From the human T2T-CHM13v2.0 reference genome, Homo sapiens: a stretch of 64,000 bases of DNA. Each line of letters begins with the position of its first letter. Positions within the stretch are counted from its first letter, which is position 1. The notes beneath the pieces were generated by a model. The model worked only from the letters and a program-made list of their open reading frames with translations. It ran no database searches and was not told where the DNA came from. Where the stretch lies: NCBI RefSeq assembly GCF_009914755.1, contig NC_060934.1. The stretch is one strand, 5' to 3'. This document shows, in pieces, positions 28,410-42,838 of the stretch. Position numbers and translations under genes: made by a program.

Positions 28410-28674
28410 ATTTAATTTATTTTTATTGATAAATAGTATTTGTACATGTTTATGGGGAATATGTCATATTTTGACCATGCATACAAATTGTAATGATCAA
28501 ATCAGCATATTCAGGAAATTCATCACCTCAAACATTCATCACTTCTTTGTGTTGGGAACATTTCAACTCTTTTCTTCTAGCTGTTTTCAAATATACAATA
28601 CATTGTTGTTAACTACAGTCATCATATTGTTCTATCTAACATCAGAACTTATTCCTTCTATATGAGTGTATGTA
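28410..28674 (-). mobile_element. L1MA 3'-end fragment
   Basis: 'tgtacatgtttatgggg...tgtaatgatcaaatcag...catcacctcaaacatt..catttctttgtgttgggaacatttcaa'-type text. Confidence 0.88.
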
Positions 28675-29250
28675 TTTTTTTTTTTTAGATTTGGGGGATA
28701 TATACATATATTTGTTTGTTAAATGGGTATATTTGGTGATGCTGGGATTTGGACTTCTAGTGAACCCATCTTCTAAACAGTGAACGTAGTACCCAGTAGG
28801 TAGTTCTTCAACCCTTTACTCCCTCCCTCCTTTCCTCCCCTCTTTTGGAGTCCCCATTGTCTATTGTTTTCACCTTTATGTCCATGTGTACCCATTGTTT
28901 AGCTCCCATTTATACATGAGAAAATGTGGTATTTGATTTTCTGTTGATGCATAAATTCACATAGGACACTGGCCTCCTGCTGCATCCATGTTGCTGCAAA
29001 TGAAATGACTTTATTCTTTATGGCTGCATAGTATTCCATGGTCTATATGTACCACAGTTTCTTTATCCATTCCACTGTTGATGGATACTTAGGTTGATTC
29101 TATGACTTTGCTATTGTGAATAGTGCTACAATAAACATAAAAATGCAGGTGTCTTTTTGATAAAACATTTTTTTTTTTCTTTTGGGTAGATACTCAGTAG
29201 TAGGATTGCTGGGTCAAATGGTAGTTCTATTCTTAGTTCTTTGAGAAATT
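28675..29250 (-). mobile_element. L1PB (L1PB4-like) 3' end, 5'-truncated
   Basis: Poly-T, then 'ttttggagtcccc..tgtctattg...ttatgtccatgtgtacccattgtttagctccca...tatggctgcatagtattccatgg'. Confidence 0.9.
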
Positions 29251-29754
29251 GAATTTGAGAATACATTTAGCAGGGCTTGGAGAGTGGGAGTTTAGGAAGC
29301 TGATGGTGAGGATCAGGGCAGATGACTGCCAGTATTGCTTGGAATATGTAAATCAACCATTGGAGAGGAGGGCAACATGTATAACATTATAGGAGCTTTT
29401 GACTGGTTTCTCTGCTTAGTAGGGAAGAAAATTCAGAAAGAACAAGTGTAGCTCCCCGATTCTGACTAAATTCACCCATAAGAAAGCCCCTAAAGTTTTC
29501 TGACCCTTCACTTTGCTGATGTATTTTATGCATATGAAATGATACAGGTGAAAACTCTTTGAGATGGATCATAATGTATAAATATAGGTTATTATAACAT
29601 ATTATAAATAATTGTATTACATTTTATATATTAAGTATACATATGTATATAAGGCATATGTGCTATTGCACTTTTTTATTGTATACATTGTATTGTTTTT
29701 TTCCTTCAAGAAGTTCATAGAATGACAATATTATTTTGTATTAAGAAAAAATCT

Positions 29755-30046
29755 GGACCAGGTGTAGTGGCTTGCTCCTGTAATCCCAGCACTTCAGGAG
29801 GCCAAGACAGGCGAATTGCTTGAGCTCAGGAGCTTGAGATGAACCTGGGCAACATGGCAAAACCTTGTCTCTACAAAAACTGCAAAAAAATTAGCTGGGT
29901 CTGGTTGCATGTGCTTGTAGTCCCAACTACTGGAGAGGCTGAGGTGAGAGGATCACTTGAGTCCAGGAGGTGGAGGCTGCAATGAGCTATGGTCTTGCTA
30001 CTGCACTCAAGCCTGGGCAACAGAGTGGAGATTCTGTCAAAAAAAG
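29755..30046 (+). mobile_element. AluJ (Jb-like)
   Basis: Diverged dimer with 'ttgcttgagctcaggag' and 'gaggatcacttgagtccaggaggtggaggctgca'. Confidence 0.95.
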
Positions 30047-30199
30047 AAAGAAAGAAAGAGAGAGGGAGAGAAAGAGAGAGATAATGACAGAGAGAGAGCA
30101 GGAAGGAAGGAAAGAAGGGAGGGAGGGAGGGAGGAAGGAAGAGATGGAGGGAGGGAGGGAAGGAAGGGAGAGAGGGAGGAAGGAAGGAAGGAAGGAAGG
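30039..30199 (+). repeat. Polypurine (GAAA/GA/GGGA/GGAA)n tract grown from the Alu tail
   Basis: About 160 bp almost entirely A/G. Confidence 0.95.
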
Positions 30200-31154
30200 T
30201 GTGGAATCTAATCCTCAGATCTATTTCTTAACTATCTAAAAGTAGTGTGTTAATGGTGTGATGCTTATTTATTAAAACTGAATGAATGGATGGTAATTTT
30301 GTTAACATTTAGCTTTTAAAATCTAGTGAATATATGAGCTCATTTTACTATATAACACATTTAACATTTATAATTTTATTAAATTGCAAACAGACTCGTA
30401 AGTAGACTTTTCTTCTCTGTACCTTTGGCAACATATTTAGAAGGCAGTTAACCATCCATTGAGATGGAATATAAAGAGTAAGTCTGAAGTTTACATTTAG
30501 ATTTTGACAGTCATCATTAGATTATGCAAATAATTAAAAAAAAACCTTACCTCTTGCTAGTATCTGTGCTCAGTGTCCTTCCAACTCCATTCCTTTCTTT
30601 CATGTTAACATATCAAAGCCAATGAGGAATTCTATGCTGTGCACAGAATGCCTTGTCTACCTATGGCAGCAAGGGCCACTCTGGGATATGATATAGTGGA
30701 AATTAAAGAAAAATCTGCCTTTACTCCAGTTTTAGGATGTTTTGAGGAGAGGAATGTAGATTCCATCTTCTCATACGGAGGTGTTCATTGGGGTTGTGGG
30801 AGAGGCCTTCTGTAGAAAGAGCTGAGGTCGGCTCCTCAAGGAGTTGGCATAGCAGGCTGCCCAGAATAAACTGACACCTGATAGATTGGAGTGTTCAGAG
30901 AGATGGAGGCTTCCATGGTTTTCTGACCCTGGAAGTATATTGAGATCCAGTGACATGCCGTGGGCCCAAAGGGGAGCACCCCACCCACCATGGAGATTGG
31001 GTTTAAAATGATGGGTCAGCTTCTAGACAAAAGACCTGGCAAAAACTTAGGGATCTGCAGCCAAGTGAGAGGCAAGAAGAGTGGCTGAGTCAAGGATGAC
31101 AAGAGGGCTGATGTTCCCTGAGGTCAGAATGGTTGACAAAATAAGGGATTGGAG

Positions 31155-31360
31155 TGCTGTTCTAAGCACTTAACACATATTTAGTACACCTAATCTCTTT
31201 TCGCACCTATGAGGTAATTACTCCTAAAACTTCCATTTTGCAAATGAGAAAACTAAGTACAGAAAGGTTAAGTAACTTTCTCAGTATCACACAGCTAATA
31301 AATGGTAAGCCAGGATTTGATGTAGAAATCTGGCCAGCAGGCTGTGTTGCAACCACTATC
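31155..31360 (-). mobile_element. MIR SINE
   Basis: 'ccattttgcaaatgagaaaactaag..cagaaaggttaagtaactt..tcacacagctaataaatgg..gccaggatttga'. Confidence 0.9.
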
Positions 31361-31394
31361 CATGAGCACAAAATCCACGAGCCATAGCGAAGAG

Positions 31395-31656
31395 GCCAGC
31401 ATTTTTAAAAATGGCCAAGTGGACCAGGGCTCCAATCCAGCCCTGTTTTTTTTTTTTATTGTTGTTGTTAGTTTGTTTTGTTTTTTTGAATAATGCTTTA
31501 CTGAAACAAAGTCATACTAATTCATTTTTGTATTGCCAGTGGCTGCTATCCTGTTACAATATCAGAGTTGAGTAGTTGTAACTGACACCCTGCGGGAGGC
31601 AAGACCTCAAATATTCAGTATCTAGCCCTTGCAGAAAAAGTTTGTTGACTCTTGAC
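31395..31656. mobile_element. MER58A-like hAT DNA transposon
   Basis: 'cagagttgagtagttgtaac...aaatattcagtatctagcccttgcagaaaaagtttgttgactcttg'. Confidence 0.8.
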
Positions 31657-32049
31657 GTGGGCAAAAATTATCAAAACCACCAACGAGAAGCACTCAATGA
31701 GAGACAAGGGAATTCCCCAATTCCAAGGGATGCAAAAAACCATCAATGTATTTTAGATGACTTTTTATCTGTAGAAGCAGAAGAGATCATTTTATCCATG
31801 GGCAACCCCATTATACCTGAAAAGACATTTAACTACTGGCTCGGCCTAAAGTGTAAACTGTAAACCAGATTGGATATTTAATCAAGGGGCTCAGAAAAAA
31901 ATGACAGGAGTACACGTGTACACGCACACACACACACACCATGTGTTTGTGTATATACACACACAAAGAATGTCAACTATATATACAAATAAAGAAGTGT
32001 AAACACATTGTTAGTTTGGGGATTAATATTTGTTATGAGTTAGTATTTG

Positions 32050-32300
32050 TCTTATGTTAATAAAGAAATATTTATTTGAGATACCTGCTGAAATATTGAT
32101 GGGTGAAATTGATATGCTGTCCTGAATTTGTCTTATTATAGCAAATAAAATATAAAATATGTTTGAGGAGTATGGTGCAAAAGAATAGCTAAATTAATGA
32201 TCATTGTTGAAGCTAAAGTGATTAATAGATGATGGTTTCTTATACCATTCCTTTTACTTTTGTGTGTTTGAAAATACCCATAATCAAAAGTTTTAAAAAT
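32050..32300 (+). mobile_element. L1ME 3'-end fragment
   Basis: 'attgttgaagct...tacttttgtgtgtttgaaaata.ccataat.aaaagttttaaaaa'. Confidence 0.65.
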
Positions 32301-32737
32301 TGCAATGTAAATTATTTAGACAGTTTTCATATTTTACCATGAAGTGAATACAGAAAAATTAAGTGATTTCATTACACTCTTGCCATAATGTTCATCCCTT
32401 ATTTTCTTTGTACTATCGGGAAAGAACTAGTGAATTGGTTCGAGGCATAGCTAAGAAAAGAAGATGAGACACCTATTGGGGAGTTAAAAATTACTTAACA
32501 AATTTGTTTTGCCCTGTTTGCCGTCACCACAAACATGAACTGAAGTGCGAGGAGTGGCAAATGGTAGGGAAATTTATATCTACAGAAAATCACAAGCTAA
32601 TAAAGAGTTCCCTAATGGATTCTCTTAGATTCCCAGTAGGTAGATTATGAAATGGTTGAATTTCACATCAAACCCATTGGAAGGGTGGCAGATACTCTCT
32701 GAGTTAAAAACACACACACACACAAAAACACCTTTCA

Positions 32738-32880
32738 GCCTGGTGCAGTGGTGTCCACTTGTACTCCTATAGTCCCAGCTACTCAGGAGGCTGAAGTGGA
32801 AAGATTGCTTGACCCCAGGAGCTCAAATTCAGCCTGGGCAACCTACCAAGACCCCCATCTTTAAATTTAAAAAGAAGAAG
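32738..32880 (+). mobile_element. FLAM (free left Alu monomer)
   Basis: Single monomer 'tagtcccagctactcaggaggctga..gattgcttgaccccaggag..cagcctgggcaac..caagacccccatct' plus A-rich tail. Confidence 0.85.
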
Positions 32881-33399
32881 AAGAAGAAAAAAAGAAAACA
32901 ACTTTTAAAGATAATGTTCCTGTCCTTAAAATGAGGAGATTAAATGTGCATTAAAATATCTCTTGCAGCAAGTAATTTGGATATATTTCATCAATATGTA
33001 ATATTTGTGCTGTGTTTTAACAGTGGCGTGTGACATCTGTTGAAATAAAAGTTTTGTTATGTCAGTCAAGCTGACAGTAAAAAGACTGCAGAACAGTTTT
33101 CTGACATGCTGCCCTACCAATTTAGCCCTGGCACTATAATTTCCATTTTGATTTCCAATTTGATCCAATGATTATGCATTCCTGCATTCTTAATTTTCAA
33201 GTGTTTATGATTTCTCGATGTATTAAAATATTTATGTCTCTATTTGAAGAACTAAAATTTTCTATGAATAAATAGCCATTTATTCTTTTAACAAATACTG
33301 TCTTGTGCCAGGCACTGTTGCAGGCACGACAGCAATAGGAAGGAACAAGACAGAATCCTACTCTTTTAAATGAAATTGCTGCTATAGTATTCACTACAA

Positions 33400-34150
33400 T
33401 ATAGGGTAGATGAATTTATCTACATCCTAGTATGGTTTCTGTTTACTGATACTAATCTATTCTGAAAGAAGCAAATTAAAATCTCCCACTACAATTATTT
33501 TTATCACATTTTCTTTGCATTTTTTGATTTATACATTCAGTTTCCATTTTTATTTATATGTATATGTATACACATATATTCCTATATATATATATATATA
33601 TGTAAATAGTTGCCTTTATTTTTAATAAAGAAGCACTTTACCCTGATTGTACTTTTAAGCTTAAATTCCACCTTGTCTGACCCTGATATTGCTAATTATG
33701 TTACTGTTACTAACTTTTGTTTTGGCCTGCTGTATTGTTGCCCAGGCCTTTATTTAAGCTATTGATCATCACATCACTTTTTTGTGTATTTCTTTTTGGA
33801 AATAACAAATGGCTTGGTTCTGTTTAACAATCTTAGTTAATAGACTACCTTTTGATATGAAAATTGACTCCATTTAGAGAAAAGGTGGCAATATGTGTAA
33901 TTTTTCTCTTTCTGTTTATTTTATGTTATACTTTTTACTGTATGTTTTCTTTTGCCCTTTCCTATTTTTTTTTTCAACTTGGTCAAAATACTATTTTTAT
34001 TTTCCTACTTGATTGTTTAGCAGTTCTGTTTTTGACTCCATTAAAGGTTACCATCTGCAGCAGAAAAAGTTAATGTAGTACTTTACATGAAATTTTTGCT
34101 GAAACCTGTATTTATTTTACTAGCATTACTTATGTAAGAAAGGAAGAAGT
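33400..34150 (-). mobile_element. Degraded old L1M fragment
   Basis: 'ttaaaatctcccactacaatt', 'ccaccttgtctga...atattgcta'; T-rich. Confidence 0.45.
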
Positions 34151-35481
34151 TATTGCAAAAAAAATCTATATCATACCCACAGTTGCATATAGCAATTTAT
34201 ATTAAAGTTAATTACAATTTAAACGTCCATTCCTAGCCACAATTTATCAGTAATCATACGTGTTTGTTGGCTACCATATTGTTAATAGTGCAGATTTAGA
34301 GAACATTTTGATAGTCACATAAAATTCTGCTGAACAATAATAGTATACTTTGTATAAACTATATATACCATGTATATACTTTGTATACTATAATGCATAC
34401 ATTTTGTAAGTTTGGGAGGTAATTGTTAGTAGGTTAAATATTAATGATTAATAAAAAGTTCAATTTCCTAATACAAACATGAAAGGGCAATACAATTTCA
34501 CATCACAGACCTTTTAAAATAACATCAGAGTTTAAGTGAGGATTATTTAACAATAAATTATTTAAGTTAATGAAGGATATCCCAAGAGAACTTCTTGCAA
34601 ACAAACTAGCCAGGACTCAATTTCACGATGACAAGATTTCGAGTAACTTTAAATGTGACAAGAAAGGACGTTTGCCCCAATGTGTCTAATGCATATACAC
34701 TTAATGTCCTTAAGATATTGGACTTGTAAATAGTCTGAAGCTTTTGCCATTATTTCAATAATGGGTCCTAGTGTCTAGCTTAAGGCAATGTATTCTTAAG
34801 GCACTGGTGTCAATGGTTTTTCTGTTTTTTAAGATGATTCATTATCTGTTCAATGAAACATGTGGCCTCCAGTATCAACCACAATTTTATCTGAAGTTGG
34901 TGACAATTTGGAAACTCTACATTGTATTTCACTTTTCTAGCATTAATAATCAAACACATATCTCTCTACTATTAGATGGAAATATCTCTATTTTCTTCAC
35001 CAAATACTTTCAAGGCTGTTTCTCCCACTCAAGTAAGATAAACTTTAAAATAGGCTTGATGTTCACTCCATCTTCCACCTCAAAGCCTGGGTTTTGTTAA
35101 AATAGTTCAGTAGTTCTATAGTCCAGAATACTTTAAGATTATCCTGTCATTACACCTCTTAATTTGAAAAATCTCATATATTTCCAGATAGCCTATGCTT
35201 ATTCATTTACATACTACTGTGCGTGTATAAACACACACACACACACACACACGGAAGGACACACAACCTACCACTCTTCCCCCTTATCCTCTCCAATTCA
35301 TCTGAGGACTCTATTATGATTTGAGTGGGGAGGTGTTCTTATATCATTCCTTGAATATTGTCATCTGATGTGGTCAGTGACTGATAAAAATGTTTAAAGT
35401 CATAGTCTTTGTAATTACAAAATTAGAAAAACACTTAAACACTGTTAATTAGAAGATGAGTATAAATGCGCTGGGTAAATG

Positions 35482-35790
35482 TGCTGGGCACGGTGGCTCA
35501 CACCTGTAATCCCAGCACTTTGGGAGGCCGAGGTGGGTGGATCATGAGGTCAGGAGTTCAAGACCAGCATGGCCAAGATGGTGAAACCCTGTCTGTACTA
35601 AAAATACAAAAATTAGCCGGGCGTGGTGGCGAGGGCCTGTAATCCCAGCTACTCGGGAGGCTGAGGCAGAGAATTGCTTGAACCCGGGAGGCAGAGGTTG
35701 CAGTGAGCCAAGATCACACCACTGCACACCAGCCTGGGGGACAGAGCAAGACCCTGTCTCAAAAAATAAATAAATAAATAAATAAAAAAG
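35482..35790 (+). mobile_element. AluS (Sg/Sx3-like), full length
   Basis: Complete dimer with 'ggccaagatggtgaaa' and (TAAA)n tail; TSD agaagatgagtataaa at 35451-35466 and 35789-35804. Confidence 0.97.
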
Positions 35791-36467
35791 AAGATGAGTA
35801 TAAAGGAACTTGGTTCCTTCCTTATGGATGTTTAGCTTGTTTAAAATGTTGCTATCACAAGCAATGTAACATGAATGACATTGTCATTTCCTGTGTAGGC
35901 CAGTATGCCTAGGATACAATCCCAGAAGTAGAATTGGGGTATAAGAGTGTGGGTTTGTATATTTTTATTAGATAGTGCCAAATTGTTTTACAAGGGTTTC
36001 TACAATCAACATTTCCACTAGAAATATATGGAAATCCCTGTCTTCCTGCAACAATTTTGGAGGTTTGGATTTTTAGAGCCAATCTGATAGGTAAAAAATT
36101 GTATCGCTGTGCAATTTAAACTTATTTTTTCTTATTTTGAATGTGACTGGAATCTTTTCATATGTCTAAGAGTCATTTGCAATTGCTGTTTCATAACTTT
36201 CTATTTCTTAGCCCATATATTTTCTCTGACCATTGTCTTTTTCTTGTTTTCCGGGAGCACTTGACCTATTAGAAACATAAACTCTTTGCAGAGTAATTTA
36301 TAGATAAAAATTATTTTTCCAGTTTATCATTTGTCTTTTGATTTTACTTGCAGGGTTCTTTTTCCACTGAGCATTTTGAAATATTTTTGTAGTTGAATTT
36401 ATTTCTTCTTTATTTTTCCTTTCTCTCTTTCTTTCTTTTAGAGTTTCTGGATTTTGAGACATTGTAC

Positions 36468-37189
<722 letters not shown>

Positions 37190-38316
37190 CAAGTCATCAG
37201 ATTCTTAAAGCAGGTTTATAATGTATTTTAATATCTGATAGGACCAGCTCTCTTGTTGCAATTCACTGGCTTATATTTATTTGATAAAATTTCCATATGG
37301 GTTTTAGAATAAACTTACCTTGTTCAAAAACCCCTTTAGAGAATTTTATAAGCATCATGATAAGATATACATGTTAACTTATGGAGGAGTGGCATGTAAG
37401 TGATGGAGAGGTTTCCTTTTCAATAAAATATTGAATTTCCATTTACTCAGACTCCTTTGGTTTCAATTAATAGCTTTTTAATTTTTTTCTTATTATGGTT
37501 CTTATGTTTTATTTGTTTTGAGATATTTTATCTTTTTGTTTTGATTACATGTGGAATATTTTACTAATATATCCTATAGGTATTATTATTTTCTTAAAAG
37601 CAAGCTACTGAATTCAGCATATTCATTATATACAGTAATTTTTCAGTTCATTCTCTTGGATTTTCTACTTATACAATTCTAACTGCTGTAAATAGTGACA
37701 ATTGTTCCTCCTCCTTAATTTTTTTGTACATCCAATTTCTTTCATTTTCTAACTGACTGCTACTAAAATATAATTTTAAAGAATACTGGTGACTGGGGAT
37801 ATTGTTTTCTTCTTCTCACCCTAGTGGGAATACCTGCAAGGTTTGACATTAACCATGAAGCTATTCTAGGCTGAGAGAGATATATTTATCTGGGAAAAGC
37901 TAGTATCCATCTGTTACTGTTTTATTGATTTTTTAAAAATAAATAATTATTGTTGAACTATGCCAAATGTATTTTAAAGCATCAGTTGAGATGATTACCT
38001 AATATTCCTTCTTGAACTTATTAATATGACTTTATATAAATAGATCTTTGATTATTGAACTATGCTTGGATTATTTGTATTAACACTTGATCATGATGTA
38101 TTATTCTTTTTACATGCTGCTGCATTCAGTTTGCTGATACTTTATATGGGGCTTTCACATTACAATTATTAGGTAATATTGGTGTATAATAGATCTTGAT
38201 CAGGTACTGGAACGACTATTAATAAAATATTTTTAAACTAATTCAAAAAGTGTTCTTTTATAGTCTAACACTGTTTGAATAATATGATAATCTACTTTAA
38301 AAGTCTGGCAGAATTC

Positions 38317-38706
<390 letters not shown>

Positions 38707-39584
38707 TCATATATTTTGTCTGTTTAGATTTTGAATCTTCCCTTAGTGAGTTTTGGTAAATTGTGTTTTTCTAGACTATTATTCACTTCATCAAGCTGTA
38801 GCTCTATGAAGTTTTGATATCCAGTACCAGTCTTTAAAATACTTGATTTTAATTTGCAATTTCCTCTGACATAAAGTTACAAACTTAATTTTTTAAATTC
38901 CTAGTTGTCTTCTCGGTTAGTCATTAATTTCTTATTTTATCACTTTTTTTGAAGAATACTCTGTGCATTTTCATATGTTTTGGGTGCTATTGTCAATTTT
39001 TGTTAATATCCGATAGGCACATAAAAATTGTACTCTCTATTAAAGGGCAAATGTTTTATACACACACATATATACATAATGATAAACATATAGGTGTGGT
39101 ATGTGACATATCTATATATGTCAATATGATCTATCTTATTATTTATTCTTTTCCATATTTTTAAGTCCTTTTATTCACCTGTGTAATTATCTGTGAGAGA
39201 TAAGTTAAAATCGCTCATTAAGGAAGAGGAGAAAATTAACTTGGTTCTTTCCTGTTCAAACTCATGTTTACTTTTATGATTAAGAGACAGAATTTGACAT
39301 GAAGTCACTGGTTCATATTTTTTTCATTGTGTATATCGTAGGTTGTTACATTATGTGGAGAAATCCAAGATTAGTATGATATTTTCCTTTTTAAAAATTC
39401 GGAAAGATATATTTTGGGCAATGAGGCCAAAATTATCAAGTCATTTAAAAATTCCAAGACTTTACCAGGATGTTTCACAGTGTTGACTATTTGAACCAGT
39501 TTCCTCAAGCACTAAAACATTTTCAATTTTGAGTCATCTTCCTTATTTTTCAACATTTTCTTATTAAAATATCTGTAATATTTA

Positions 39585-39620
39585 TTAGGTTGGTGCAAAA
39601 GTAATTGCAGGTTTTGCCAT
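39585..39620 (+). mobile_element. Half MADE1 / solo Hsmar1 terminal inverted repeat
   Basis: 'TA ttaggttggtgcaaaagtaattgcaggttttgccat' closely matches the MADE1 left arm; the second arm is absent. Confidence 0.88.
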
Positions 39621-40050
39621 GGGCCATTTTTCCCTCCAATTTCATCTTTTTTTTTTCCTGTCATTTAAAAAAATCTTCTATTTTAATTATTTTCCCTGAA
39701 TTTTGCCAGCTAATATTTAGATGGCATCTCTGGATGGTTTCACTATTTTTTTCACATTTTTTTTTACATTTATGCTGTGTAGGTTTTTTTCTTTATAAAT
39801 GTTATTACTTCGTTAATTTATTATGAATTCTTAGCTAAACATTTGGATACTTTTGCTTTATATCAGTATTTCTCACTTGTGAGTGATCTACATCAAATGA
39901 TAAATTCCAATGCTATTTTTGATATTTTTTCTTAAAATATTATAAATTCTACTTAGTTTGAGGGCTACTTCCTCAAAATCTCATCTCTTATTCCAAACAA
40001 GAAGTATAGTTTTTGAACTCCGAGTTGGCCCCTTATCTTCAAGAAGGCAT

Positions 40051-40280
40051 TGATTTATTGATTGATTGACTGATTGAGACAGAGTCTCCCTCTGTCGCCC
40101 AGGCTGAATTTGGGATGACAGGCACACACCACCATGCCTGGCTAAGTATTGTATTTTTAGTTAAGAGGCAGGGTTCCACCATGTTGGCCAGGCTGATCTC
40201 AAACTCTTCACCTCAAGTGCTCTGCCTGCCTTGACCTCTCAAAGTGCTGGGATTACAGGCATGAGCCACCATGCCCAGCC
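40051..40280 (-). mobile_element. Alu (Sz/J-like) with a deletion in the right arm
   Basis: Jumps from 'cccaggctga' to 'tgggatgacagg'; (TTGA)n tail; agaaggc on both flanks. Confidence 0.93.
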
Positions 40281-42838
40281 AGAAGGCCATTTTTGATGGG
40301 GCTCTCTGAGATTTTTCTGCTTCTGGGCTCTCTTGTAATATCCCGTATGGCTTCTACTTGATTCAGCTATTTTTGGAAGCCCTTACTGATATTTTTGAAT
40401 ATGCAGATTGGAATTGTCACCTAATGTCCCTGAAAATGGATTTTGTGTATATTAACATTGTTTGTGCTGCATCTTTATGATTACCAGAAAAATTATAGGG
40501 AAAAACTAGACATATGCAGCCATGTTTATACCAATATTCCTCCTGTTTTTTAGTTCAAGTATTAATATGTAACTCTCAGAAGCTGTATTTTATTAGGATC
40601 TTTCCTGAATGTTCCACTTGCTCTGATTTTCTCTGGCTGCAGGGCTTCTCACATGTGCTAGGATTTTCTTTTCTCAGCTCTCTGGGACTCAGGCTGAGCT
40701 CCACCGTACCTTAAGCTAGAGCCGTGCGGTGGGTGGCAGGAAGTGCTGTGGTTTCCTCCACCTGATATAGTGAAAGCAGCGTGGGTTCTCTACTAAGGAG
40801 CCAGGAGAAGCCTCTGTTTTCCTTCTCTTCCAGAGGTTTCAGCCTAAGGTATAAACAAGACTTATCACTGGTTTATCTCTCCCTCAACTGTTTGGAAGCT
40901 ACTGAAATCAGGTATACTCATATGGAATGATACCATCATTTTTCTTCTTGGGATCCATACTTTAATGCAAGACAGGTCTTGCCAATATCCACTACTATTG
41001 CCCTCCCCTTGGAATTCTCCATCATTAATTCCTAAGATCCCGTCAAGCTCTGAATAGAGAAGCTTTCGGGACTGAAGGAGAGCACAGATGTATTTAAGCC
41101 ACGATCGCCCATTCTCCCTCCTAATTTTGCCTATGAATGGGTTTTATACAAATTGTTATGAGATTGAAGAACTAGTGAAAAATTAATTGGTACTAGTTTT
41201 TAACACACTTCTCTATACTTATAAACTTCCAGGGGTGAAATTTGAAAGGAAAATATTTGTTCTGCCACTTGTAGTATTTCAAAGTCTTGCAGTATTTTGA
41301 AGTCTCCTAGTTACATTGAGGGTGATTATACTTCATTTTACAAATTGCTTTGCATTACAAAAAAAAAAAAATAGGTTTACAGTCTCTTAAGAAGCCCTTC
41401 ACTGATTGGCTAATGGTTTCTGATGGTCTGTAGGGTCTAAATTTGAGCATCTGGGAGAATACCACTTTCTCTATCCAAGCTGCCTAGCTGCAGGGAAAAG
41501 AGGGTAGACAGTAGCCTGACTTCCAGGGAAATCATCTGTATTGCAGGTTAGGGCCAAAGTAGGTCAGTAAGAGTAGGGAGGCTAAAAAATTGACTGAAAC
41601 AAAGAGGTGAGTAGCAAGCAATTATTAGGAGCAAAAACAAAGTCCTGGAATCACAGTGTCGGGGAGGTAAGGATCCAGGGTGAAGGTGTGAGCAGGTAAA
41701 TTGGAAGGTGTTCTAAGCCAACATGTAAACTCAGCATCTGCCAATGCAATTTCTCCCAATACTGTCCTTCCTTGAATGTTTGTTAGCTTATTATTTTAAT
41801 GGCAACATCAGCTTCAACCTCTCCTTGTCTCTTAACCCACTTAAACAATATGTGGCCATTCTATCTCCAAATTATTTCCCCAACCACACTCCCCTTCCTA
41901 CTTTTGCTGTAACTTCCTTTTCCATCCTCCATTATGTCTCCTGGAAAATTGCCGTCATTCCCTTAACTGGTTTCTTCAGAAGCCTCCAGTCTCTCCCTCC
42001 CATCCATCCTTCTCAATGCTGTCAGAGTAATCTTTTCATGTAAGAGTGACCTCCAATTGTAAGCGCGACATTGCTGCAATATCATTTATCTCCATCATTA
42101 TTGCAGTTTGTATTTTGCGATTGGAAGGATGGGGCAGGCACCAAAAAGGTGATGTGACTTGTGCTGTATTTTCCGAGTAAGTCCAAGAGGTGAATTATGG
42201 ATTTTTCTACCAGGCTGACTCAGGTTGAATGCTGTTCATTTCTGGGTTTGTGTCTATTATCCTGCAAATAACGAATACCCCTAAAATGTTAGTGTGCAAT
42301 TATGCCATTGGGATAGAATAATTCTCTACAACATAAAACAGTTTTTATACAACTATGAAAGTAGTCTGGAGATTTCAACTTTCATTCAAACAAAATTGAA
42401 AGAAAATGAATAACGTTGAGACAACTGAGCACAAAAGAATAATATCGTATTTTCCAAAATATACACATCAACCACTTTAGGCTATTGTATGTGAAAGGGC
42501 CGTAAGGGTAGCTGGGTAGAATATGCCCAAAATTTCTTCCAATCATTTTTTTTTCATTGCGAAATACCGTAAGAACTCTATCCAGGGAGGGCGACTACAT
42601 TTTTGGCAGGGACAAGATACAAAAACTAGAGAGATAGTTGTTCATTCTTTGAGCAGCAATAAAAAATTCAGTCTTGCTCTCTCTCTTCCCCTCTCTTCCC
42701 TCTCTCCTCTCTCCCTCATTCTACTCCCTTAGAATACTTGTAAGATGTCATATGTAGGTAAAAGGAATACATCATCAGACAAGTATGAGCACTGGAAATT
42801 AGCCAATGTAGCCAAACTTGGGGAAATTTATGTGTTGC

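Noticed and set aside
29957-30239. R/E/G/K-rich ORFs
   Set aside because: Translation of the Alu end and the polypurine tract, which lacks stop codons by composition
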